Shown here in pieces: positions 28,929-38,479 of a stretch of 64,000 nt of DNA; positions within the stretch are counted from its first letter, which is position 1, and each line of letters opens with the position of its first letter. A program made the position numbers and the translations under genes. The stretch spans positions 3 to 64,002 of the forward strand of contig DASWNA010000032.1 in NCBI GenBank assembly GCA_036399475.1. Reading direction: 5' to 3'. The DNA is from Allosphingosinicella sp. (lineage in GTDB: Bacteria > Pseudomonadota > Alphaproteobacteria > Sphingomonadales > Sphingomonadaceae). A model generated the notes under the pieces. That model ran no database searches, was not told the origin of the DNA, and worked only from the letters and a program-made list of their open reading frames with translations.

Positions 28929-30391
28929 GCGCGGTGGCGGAGGCGGCGTGCTTCTGGTCGCTGGTGGAGGAGCTCGAACCGGAGGAGAAGCTGGGGCTGA
29001 TCGGTTCGCTCGGGCTGAACGAGGCTTGGGGGCTGGAGTTCGACTGGGAGACGTGGGCGCACGGCGGTCAGTGCGCGCCGCCCGGCGACTGGCTGACCTG
29101 GGTGCTGATGGGCGGGCGCGGCTTTGGCAAGACGCGGGCTGGGGCGGAGTGGGTGGCGAGCCTGGTTGCCGGCGGGGCGGCGGTGCGGATCGCCCTGGTT
29201 GCGGCGACCCGCGACGAGGCGCGCACGGTGATGGTGGAGGGGAAAAGCGGGCTGCTTGCCGTGGCCGAGCCCTATGTGGAGGGTTGGTGGCCGACGCGGG
29301 GCCTGCTTCGGTTTCGCGGCGGGGCGGAGGCGCGGCTGTTTTCGGGGGCGTCGCCGGATTTCCTGCGCGGGCCGGAGCATCATTTCGCCTGGTGCGACGA
29401 GCTGGCCAAGTGGCAGTATGCGCAGGACTGCTGGGACATGCTCCGGCTCGGGCTTCGGCTGGGGGAGCTTCCGCGGGCGCTGATCACCACCACGCCGCGG
29501 CCGGGGCCGGTGCTGCGCGGCATCCTGGCGGCGGCGGGGACGGTGCTGAGCGGCGGGCCTACCGTGGGCAACCCGCACAATCCCCGCGCCTTCACCGAGC
29601 ATGTTTACCAGCGCTATGCCGGGACGCGGCTGGCGCTGCAGGAGCTGGAAGGGCAGTTGCTGACCGACGCGCCGGGGGCTTTGTGGTCGGTGGCGTTGTT
29701 GGAGCGGTGCCGGCTTTCCCGACCCTCTCCCTTTACGGGAGAGGGCGACTCGCGGGCTGCGGCCCGCGAGCGGGGTGGGGGTGAGTCCGGCGAACAACAG
29801 GCCCTCACCCTCCCGTCCGGCTTTGCCGGCCGGGCCCCTCCCTCTCCCGAAATGGGAGAGGGGATTGCGTTTGCGCGCATCGTCGTCGCCGTGGATCCGC
29901 CGTCCGGGGATGGGACGTGCGGCATCGTGGCGTGCGCCAGGGATGCGGCGGGGAGGGGGCATGTGCTGGCCGACCATTCGGTGACCAACCGCAGCCCGGA
30001 AGGCTGGGCGAGGGTGGTGGCGGAGGCGGCTAGGGCGTGGGCGGCGGCCTATCGGGACGTGCCGGTGGCGGTGGTCGCGGAATCGAACCAGGGCGGCAAG
30101 ATGGTGGAAGCGGTGATCCGCGCCGCCGATGCGGGGCTTAAGATCAAGCTGGTGCCGGCGGTGGCGGGCAAGGTCGATCGCGCGACGCCGGTGGCGATGC
30201 GGTTCGAGACCGGCGAAGTGACCTTGCACGGCCGCTTCCCCGCGCTGGAGGCGGAGCTGATGGGGATGATCGCGGGCGGCGGCTACGAAGGGCCGGGGAA
30301 GAGCCCGGACCGCGCGGACGCGATGGTGTGGGGGCTGACGGAGCTGCTGCTCGGCACCGAACGGGCGCCGCCGCGGGTGCGGGCGCTGTGA
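28925..30391 (+). CDS. terminase large subunit (GTA/phage DNA-packaging, Terminase_6 type)
   Basis: Walker A GGRGFGKTRAGAEW, Walker B FAWCDE, TTTP, nuclease VAVDP...ESNQGG...SPDRADA. Confidence 0.9.
   Translation: MSAVAEAACFWSLVEELEPEEKLGLIGSLGLNEAWGLEFDWETWAHGGQCAPPGDWLTWVLMGGRGFGKTRAGAEWVASLVAGGAAVRIALVAATRDEARTVMVEGKSGLLAVAEPYVEGWWPTRGLLRFRGGAEARLFSGASPDFLRGPEHHFAWCDELAKWQYAQDCWDMLRLGLRLGELPRALITTTPRPGPVLRGILAAAGTVLSGGPTVGNPHNPRAFTEHVYQRYAGTRLALQELEGQLLTDAPGALWSVALLERCRLSRPSPFTGEGDSRAAARERGGGESGEQQALTLPSGFAGRAPPSPEMGEGIAFARIVVAVDPPSGDGTCGIVACARDAAGRGHVLADHSVTNRSPEGWARVVAEAARAWAAAYRDVPVAVVAESNQGGKMVEAVIRAADAGLKIKLVPAVAGKVDRATPVAMRFETGEVTLHGRFPALEAELMGMIAGGGYEGPGKSPDRADAMVWGLTELLLGTERAPPRVRAL
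29723..29863. repeat. family E REP doublet inserted in-frame in terL
   Basis: ccctctccctttacgggagagggcgactcgcg...ccctcacc...ccctctcccgaaatgggagaggg; encodes PSPFTGEGDSR...PSPEMGEG. Confidence 0.8.
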
Positions 30392-30508
30392 ACCCCTCCG
30401 CTGTGCGGGGGAGGGGGGGCGCTGCCGTGTTGACAGGCCAAGGGCGTCGGCGGCAGGATCGTGACGCGCAGCGCGCGGAGGCTCCATCCGCAACGCCGGG
30501 AGGGATAT

Positions 30509-31477
30509 ATGCCCAAGAGCAGGACCGTGAAGGCGCTGGGCTGGGGGGCGGCGCTGGTCGCGCTTTCCGCCCAGGCCGATCCCGGCAAGCCGCGGCCCGG
30601 CGAGGAGATCGTGGTTACGGGAAGCCGGGAATCGGAGGGTGAGCGGCGCGACCGCGCGGCGGCCTATGTGCGGGCGCTTGGCGTCGGGGGCGGTCAGAGC
30701 GCCGTTGCGCGGTGGATCGATCCGGTGTGCCTGAGAGTGATCGGCATCGGGGGCCGGCCGGCGCAGCTTGTTCAAACGCGGCTCCGGGCCGCCGCCGCCG
30801 CGGCCGGCGTTCCGATCGCGGCGGGGCGCTGCAGCCCCAACCTCACCGTCAGCTTCGTTTCGGACGCAGGCGCGGTGGTGCGGCGGATCGCGGGCAAGTC
30901 GCCGTCCTTGTTGCGGGAGGTGCCCGCCGAGCGGCTCCACAGCCTGCGGCAGGGCGATGCGCCGATCCGCTGGTGGTACATGACGGAGCTGCGCGGACGG
31001 GACGGCGACCGGCTGAGCGACTCGCCGCCGCCGGCCGCGCAGATGGAGGGCGGCGGATTGCTCCCGACGGGCCCCGACGGGCGGATCCTGTCGCTCAGCG
31101 GTTCGAGCCTGGTCAGCACCCAAAGCGTCAGGACGTTGCGCAGCGCGACGGTTATCGTCGACGTCGATCGCGCGGCGGGCGCCTCGCTCAGCGCGGTTGC
31201 GGATTATGCGGCGCTGATCGGCTTTGCGGAAATCCGCTTCGGCACGGGGCCGCGGCCCGGCTCGATCCTGACGCTGTTCGACGCGCCGGGGTTCGATGCG
31301 GCGGGAACCGACGGGGCGGGGCTCGACGCGGCGGGCGGCAAAGCCGAGCTTACCGCGTGGGACAAATCCTTTCTGTGCGCGCTTTACCGGATAAAGCTGG
31401 ACCGGCTGGGGCGCTACCAGCGGGGCCGGCTAGCCGGCGCGATTGCGGAGGGGACGGAGGCGCGCTGTTCCGCCTAG
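30509..31477 (+). CDS. exported hypothetical protein (EEIVVTG motif)
   Basis: Signal peptide, EEIVVTG, ARWIDPVC; GGAGG RBS. Confidence 0.7.
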   Translation: MPKSRTVKALGWGAALVALSAQADPGKPRPGEEIVVTGSRESEGERRDRAAAYVRALGVGGGQSAVARWIDPVCLRVIGIGGRPAQLVQTRLRAAAAAAGVPIAAGRCSPNLTVSFVSDAGAVVRRIAGKSPSLLREVPAERLHSLRQGDAPIRWWYMTELRGRDGDRLSDSPPPAAQMEGGGLLPTGPDGRILSLSGSSLVSTQSVRTLRSATVIVDVDRAAGASLSAVADYAALIGFAEIRFGTGPRPGSILTLFDAPGFDAAGTDGAGLDAAGGKAELTAWDKSFLCALYRIKLDRLGRYQRGRLAGAIAEGTEARCSA

Positions 31478-31851
31478 GCCGCCGCGAGCCGCCGCACATC
31501 GTACTCCAGCGAACCGAACGCTGCCGCGCCGAAGCGCAGTTCCCAGGCCTGGCGGCGGGCGATCAGCCCGATCTTGGCGCCCACCGCAGGGAGATCCGGC
31601 GCCGGCGCCTTCGGCACCCGCGACAGCGCCGCGATCTGCCGCCCCACCGCCCGGTCGTAAGCGCGCTCATCCGCGCTATCCGCCAGCGCCCCGATCGCCT
31701 CCTCGGCCCGGGCAAGCCGCGCAACCGCCTTTTCCCAGGCCGGATCCCGGCGAGGGGCGGGGCCCAACAGCACGGAAGGATCGAGCATCGGCGCCACGCA
31801 CGCTCCGGCTAGAAGTGCGCGGCGCGACAGTTTATGCTGGCCGGCAGCCAT
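31474..31851 (-). CDS. hypothetical protein with Tat-like KLSRRALL N-terminus (prophage-remnant type); in-frame upstream duplicate start at 32172
   Basis: MAAGQHKLSRRALLAGA...PAPDLPAVGAKI; GGAGG RBS. Confidence 0.55.
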   Translation of the reverse strand: MAAGQHKLSRRALLAGACVAPMLDPSVLLGPAPRRDPAWEKAVARLARAEEAIGALADSADERAYDRAVGRQIAALSRVPKAPAPDLPAVGAKIGLIARRQAWELRFGAAAFGSLEYDVRRLAAA

Positions 31852-31935
31852 CAGGCCTCCGCCTGAAGCGCCAAGCCGAAGCGAGGTTTCGCGCAGCGAA
31901 GGCGAGCATCGGTGAGAGACGCGTAAGGCCGGCCA

Positions 31936-31970
31936 GGGCACCCACGAAAGTAGTACTTTCGTGGGAACCC
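31936..31970. repeat. palindromic repeat family F
   Basis: gggcacccacgaaagtagtactttcgtgggaaccc. Confidence 0.7.
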
Positions 31971-32338
31971 GGCGGGGCGTGCGGGCACTCCGCACGAACC
32001 CGTCCGACGCGTCATGGGCTGGCGAGGTACGGAATGTCCCACATCCTGTAGATCGCGCCGGGGGCGCGATCGACCTCGCCAGACTCCCATGACGCCCACT
32101 TCCTGGACGACACTCAGCGCAGCCACCGGCTAGCAGTGCGCGCCGCGACAGTTTATGCTGGCCGGCAACCATCAGGCGCCTCCCAAGCGAGCGTTTGCAG
32201 GTTCGTGCGCCGAGGAGCGCGCCCCCACCTCCTCCCGGCCGCTAGGCGGGGAGGGGAACCTTGGACCTTGGTCCGGGAGCGGTGGAGGGTGCGTTCTCCT
32301 CCGCTTATTAAACGTCATATGAATGAAGGGGCGGGTGA

Positions 32339-32539
32339 ATAGCCGAGCAACAAAAAGGACCGCGCGGCCGACCGTCCACCTGCCTGACGCCGCTCACCGG
32401 CGTCCGCATCCCGGCGCCTCTGGAAGCCAAACTCCAGGCCTGGATCGAGGCGCAGCCGGACCCGAAGCCATCGAAAAGCGAGGCGATCAGGCGGTTGCTC
32501 GAGAGGGCTATTAGCAGCGGGAGCCGGAATGAGCCTTGA
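32339..32539 (+). CDS. ribbon-helix-helix (CopG-like) DNA-binding protein with non-canonical ATA start (possibly pseudogene)
   Basis: Frame not in ORF track: (I)AEQQKGPRGRPSTCLTPLTGVRIPAPLEAKLQAWIEAQPDPKPSKSEAIRRLLERAI...; in-frame TGA immediately before the ATA. Confidence 0.6.
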   Translation: MAEQQKGPRGRPSTCLTPLTGVRIPAPLEAKLQAWIEAQPDPKPSKSEAIRRLLERAISSGSRNEP

Positions 32540-32596
32540 TGACAAGCAATCTGTCTATTCCGGCAAAGTAGTAAACATCGCAAGGCCGCTGCTCGT

Positions 32597-33169
32597 ATGA
32601 CCCATGAGCCAAGCATAGTTCCCGTTTCGACGAGCATTAGCTCTCTGTACGAAGCAATGGGCCACGGACTATCCGCTTTCTCCAGTCTTGAAAGTACGTT
32701 GGCACTCATTTTCGCGCGGCTGATTGGTTGCAAGCGCCTGGAGATGGCATTGATTGCCTTCGATGCGATCAACCTCACCTCGCCAAAGCTCCGAGTTCTT
32801 CGCGCGGTTGCCAAGGAACATTTCGATCGAGAGGCGTTAGATCCCGCTTCTCAGTTTAAACGTCTGGATCGGCTTTTGAAAAGAGTGGAAGCTCGAGCGG
32901 AGTTCCGAATCAAGCTTGCTCACTGGACGGTAAGCATTCCGAAACTTGAGGCCAACGACCGCGAAACTCTGACTGTGGCCGAACAGCAGTTGGTTCCTCC
33001 TTGGTTCAGCGCCAAAAACCTCATGTTTGTTCCCAAAGAAGGTCTTTCTTTAGCAGAGATTCGGGAGTTCACACGCAAGACAAACGAAGCGAACAGAGCA
33101 CTAGTCGAGTACTTGTTGGCCATCCAAGAAACCGGTCTATATCCCTCCCGCGGGTCGGAAGATGGCTGA
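32597..33169 (+). CDS. hypothetical protein, possible HEPN-like fold
   Basis: 190 aa, lower GC; all-helical look with N-terminal FSSLE and an R-x4-H motif (RIKLAH). Confidence 0.55.
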   Translation: MTHEPSIVPVSTSISSLYEAMGHGLSAFSSLESTLALIFARLIGCKRLEMALIAFDAINLTSPKLRVLRAVAKEHFDREALDPASQFKRLDRLLKRVEARAEFRIKLAHWTVSIPKLEANDRETLTVAEQQLVPPWFSAKNLMFVPKEGLSLAEIREFTRKTNEANRALVEYLLAIQETGLYPSRGSEDG

Positions 33170-33302
33170 GGCTATGCGTTGAGGCCAGCCAGAGCCGACG
33201 CCTTAAGTGAGCAATGCGATCCGGCTTTTGTTGAAGAAAGCATCAGGCACTCGGGCTTGAAGAGACGAGCGCTCATCCCCAATTTAAAGCCATCGCGCTC
33301 CT

Positions 33303-33391
33303 ACGGGGGTGGCCGAGTGGCTTAAGGCAGCTGATCGCCGATCAGCCGAGCAGTTTCTGCTCCGAGGGTTCGAATCCCTTCCCACCCTCCA
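33303..33391 (+). ncRNA. tRNA-like element / pseudo-tRNA (class II long variable arm)
   Basis: TGGCCGAGTGGCTTAAGGC D arm, GCTGA-TCGCCGA-TCAGC anticodon arm, GAGCAG-TTT-CTGCTC variable arm, GAGGG-TTCGAAT-CCCTT T arm, 3' CCA; acceptor stem imperfect. Confidence 0.7.
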
Positions 33392-33457
33392 GCGCGCAAC
33401 CTACAGTAGTGCTTGTGAGAGAAGGAGAGCCGCGATGCCGTCGCTGCGGCCGCTTGA

Positions 33458-34120
33458 TCATCTCTTGAGAACTTTGAGGTACATCTCCGTGATGAGCCAG
33501 AGACCCGCGTCGTCCATGCTGCTGGCGATCTGCTGCATCTCATCCCGGTGACATCTTCGATATAGACGGCCGCTCCTACAAGGACACGCATTTTGGCGGC
33601 GTGGAGGGCTCAGGAGTGCATAGACACGCCAGAGAAGATCTTCGTCGTTCGGCGTTGGTGCTCTAAGAATTTCGCGTAGCGCGTCCCGCTGCCCGGCATC
33701 ACCGTGTGCGTACTCCCCAAACGGCCACTTAGTGGTTGCTTCAAACACGCTCTGCGACAGCAGGAAGTTACGAACGGGTCCGTTGAGGACCGTCCGAACT
33801 GTTGCTGTGGGGTTTCTAGCACGCCACACTGGCCAAACTTCTAAACAGGCGTGGCCGTCGCTGAAAACATGCCGATCGATTTCCCAGGGCACACGGCCAC
33901 CGGTCTCAAACACTTGCGGCGACGATAGCGGAAACGCTTCGGAAAATTCGATCCGAACCTGGTACGCGTCGAACGGGCCTTGCGGTCCATCGATGACGAA
34001 CCTTCCCTCGACCACAACAGGAAAGGTGTCGGCCTGCGTGACTCGCAAGCCGACGTGGTCGATCAGCGCCGAAGAACACTGATCAAGTAGTTCTTCCCGT
34101 TTCAGTCCTTTGCACCCCAC
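33458..34120 (-). CDS. CBASS-associated prokaryotic E2 (UBC-fold) protein with C-terminal SEC-C zinc motif
   Basis: FPLSSPQVFE...DRHVFSDGHACL (E2 His...Cys); RQNACPCRSGRLYRRCH (SEC-C); start overlaps the cyclase end. Confidence 0.8.
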   Translation of the reverse strand: MGCKGLKREELLDQCSSALIDHVGLRVTQADTFPVVVEGRFVIDGPQGPFDAYQVRIEFSEAFPLSSPQVFETGGRVPWEIDRHVFSDGHACLEVWPVWRARNPTATVRTVLNGPVRNFLLSQSVFEATTKWPFGEYAHGDAGQRDALREILRAPTPNDEDLLWRVYALLSPPRRQNACPCRSGRLYRRCHRDEMQQIASSMDDAGLWLITEMYLKVLKR

Positions 34121-35160
34121 GGTTTCGATGGCACGGCCGTCGCCGCAACCGCAGCAGCCGAGCGTTCAGCGAAAACAGCATTGGTGAGCCCCAAGCCGCC
34201 TACGGCTGTCGCAGCCGCCTCTGCCTTGGCGGACTTCGTCTCAAGGGGATTAAAGAACGAGTGGCGAAACACCTTCTTCCACAGAGCCCTCGCCGAATCT
34301 GCATCATGCTCGCCCGGGCGGGTGTCCAGCGGCTCTAAGAGGTCAGCCAACTCCCCAGCTTTCTTGCAGAAGCGTTCAATCCGATCCGCGTCTTTTTCCG
34401 ATGAAACCTCAATGCCATCGGCATATACTGGAAGAGCCGAATAGCGCGCGCCGAGCGCGCGCAACGTGCGGTAAAAGGCCTCATCAAGCCGGGAGTCCAC
34501 TGCCTTATAAGCCTCTACCGTGAGCGCGGTAAGGAGAAGCCCACTGGGATACCGCCGCCCGCTTGCATGAGCCCACGTCTTTCCTAGGAACTTCATCAAC
34601 CGGATTACCCGGCGAAGCTGGTATGGAGAAGAATCTTCAGGACTCCGGTTCTTTACCTCCCGTTCAAGCCAATCATTGATCTGTGCGGGGCTAGACACCG
34701 TCCAATCATCGCGCAGGGCGATATAATGAATATAGTTGTCCCCGTTCCACTCGCGCTTAAACACGGGAAAGTCGCACTGGTAACCCTCTGCATATTCGAT
34801 GCGGATGCACTTCCCTTTGTCCTCCGGCTCACCCTTCACAGCGGTTGCCTTTTTCGTCAGCGCGTCAAGGACCCATGTGCGAGTCGTTTTCGGGGAAGCC
34901 GCGTCCTCCGCTTCGAAGACAACGCCTAGGTCGATATCGTAGGTGGTGTCGCTCGCTTCGGCTGGCTGCGTCATCGTCTTCATGGCGTACCCGCCTTGAT
35001 TGATGATACCGGCGATCTCTGGTTTGCCATTCTCCGCAAGACCGGATTTGATCCGGTTGACGTTAGCGTCCCGCCGGGTTCGCATGTCGCCGCGTTGCGC
35101 GTTCGTAAGCCGAACATGCTCAGAGTGGAAATCAGTGATAAGTTTCGATGCATCGAACAT
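34102..35160 (-). CDS. cGAS/DncV-like nucleotidyltransferase (CD-NTase, SMODS)
   Basis: QGGYAMKT...YDIDLGVVF, KCIRIEY...QCDFPVF, W..SSP, QLRRVIRLMK, PSGLLLT; C-terminus KPWGAKD; start ATG 35160. Confidence 0.88.
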   Translation of the reverse strand: MFDASKLITDFHSEHVRLTNAQRGDMRTRRDANVNRIKSGLAENGKPEIAGIINQGGYAMKTMTQPAEASDTTYDIDLGVVFEAEDAASPKTTRTWVLDALTKKATAVKGEPEDKGKCIRIEYAEGYQCDFPVFKREWNGDNYIHYIALRDDWTVSSPAQINDWLEREVKNRSPEDSSPYQLRRVIRLMKFLGKTWAHASGRRYPSGLLLTALTVEAYKAVDSRLDEAFYRTLRALGARYSALPVYADGIEVSSEKDADRIERFCKKAGELADLLEPLDTRPGEHDADSARALWKKVFRHSFFNPLETKSAKAEAAATAVGGLGLTNAVFAERSAAAVAATAVPSKPWGAKD

Positions 35161-35246
35161 AGTGACTTCCTGTCCCCTCGGTCTCTCGCCATGGGCGAAC
35201 AAAGTGGGTACAGCTGACGCCACCTTCAAGAGGGTTAACGAGAAAA

Positions 35247-35978
35247 ATGTACGCCACCGTCCCGTTACCCGCGCTCCTCAAGGCCAGTGGTTTTGTAGTG
35301 CTCGCGGTCTTTGCCGTGCTGCTCCTCATAAGCGGCCTGCCCGATACCTCCTCCAACTGGCTTCGGAGGTTTACCCTGACGCTGACGGTAGCGAGCCTTG
35401 CGATTGCTGTTATCTTTGGACCGACGTCACCTAAGTGGGCCATCTGGCGATGGGTATGGTGGCTCTTCCCGATCCTGAACGAGACTCTCTTCCCTGACCT
35501 GAACGGCACTTGGGTGGGCAAGGGTCAGTCAAACTGGTCACGCGTTAAGCACCTCAGGGATTCGGCATCTTCCTCGAGAAAGATCGACCCGGAACGGATA
35601 GACGAGGTACTACTCACGGACTTTGAGATCGCCTTGTTCATCAAAGCGAGCCTCTTCGACTTGAAGATCTTAGGTAAGCTAAGAAACACAAACTCGACTT
35701 CGTATTCTAAGTCAGCGCGAGTTTCTAAAGGAGGCGACGACAAGTTTCGGCTCGACTATTCGTATGATCAGCAGACAAGGGAGATCGCAGCGTCAGACGA
35801 GAGTAATCACGAGGGGGCTGCTTCCCTCGTGGTAGAACAATGTAACCGGAGGCTCGTCGGCAGATACTGGACTCGACGCATGTGGCACATCGGCCTTAAC
35901 ACGGCAGGAAATTTCGATTTGGTTAAGGTGGATCATGGGCGAGCCAAGTTTGAAGAGGCATTGGCGCCAGGAAACTAG
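35247..35978 (+). CDS. Cap15-like SMODS-associated 2TM beta-strand-rich membrane effector
   Basis: Two N-terminal TMs, then WRWVW...FPDLNGTWVG..QSNW, S.S.S, Y.Y, HEGAA, LVGRYWT.R. Confidence 0.82.
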   Translation: MYATVPLPALLKASGFVVLAVFAVLLLISGLPDTSSNWLRRFTLTLTVASLAIAVIFGPTSPKWAIWRWVWWLFPILNETLFPDLNGTWVGKGQSNWSRVKHLRDSASSSRKIDPERIDEVLLTDFEIALFIKASLFDLKILGKLRNTNSTSYSKSARVSKGGDDKFRLDYSYDQQTREIAASDESNHEGAASLVVEQCNRRLVGRYWTRRMWHIGLNTAGNFDLVKVDHGRAKFEEALAPGN

Positions 35979-35991
35979 GCCATCGAGGATG

Positions 35992-36351
35992 TTAACCTAC
36001 CTTCTTCGTCCTCCAGGTGGTGACTTGGAGTAGGAGCGCTACATCGCCAGTGTCGTTCCATACCCCCTTTCCTAACCCCCAATAAAAGTGGTGAGTCTTC
36101 GTCTTTGCGTTGTTATTGGGCGACGAAGGCGTTCCTGGACCGGTATGCAGCCGTACAAAGTCGCCTTTTTTTACGCTCTTAGAAACGAACCAATATGTAT
36201 GTCGTAATTTGTTCGATATCGACGTATCATCTACATACGTAGTGTCGGCAATCATATAGTTCTTCAGGTCGGTATCTGCGATGACCTCGAGAGTCACATG
36301 TTCCTCAGCGGCGTTGCCGCTGTTGGTTATCGAGTGAATCTTGAGGTCCAT
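35992..36351 (-). CDS. small lamin-tail-domain-like protein
   Basis: EHVTL...HTYWF..SVKKGDFVRLHTGPG...FYWG...VWNDTGDVALL. Confidence 0.6.
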   Translation of the reverse strand: MDLKIHSITNSGNAAEEHVTLEVIADTDLKNYMIADTTYVDDTSISNKLRHTYWFVSKSVKKGDFVRLHTGPGTPSSPNNNAKTKTHHFYWGLGKGVWNDTGDVALLLQVTTWRTKKVG

Positions 36352-36421
36352 GGTTGCTCCTTGGGAGCACGGCGCTCCACTTGCTTACCAAGTGAGCTTA
36401 TCCCGCTTCTGCAGATTTAGC

Positions 36422-38461
<2,040 letters not shown>

Positions 38462-38479
38462 TTAAAAGCCTTGTTCCTT

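Noticed and set aside
28341-32300. Intact prophage
   Set aside because: No integrase, portal, capsid, tail or lysis genes, and no att sites were seen.
33303-33391. Functional tRNA-Gly(GCC)
   Set aside because: Class II body, no U33 and a mismatched acceptor stem are incompatible with a normal tRNA-Gly; reported as tRNA-like instead.
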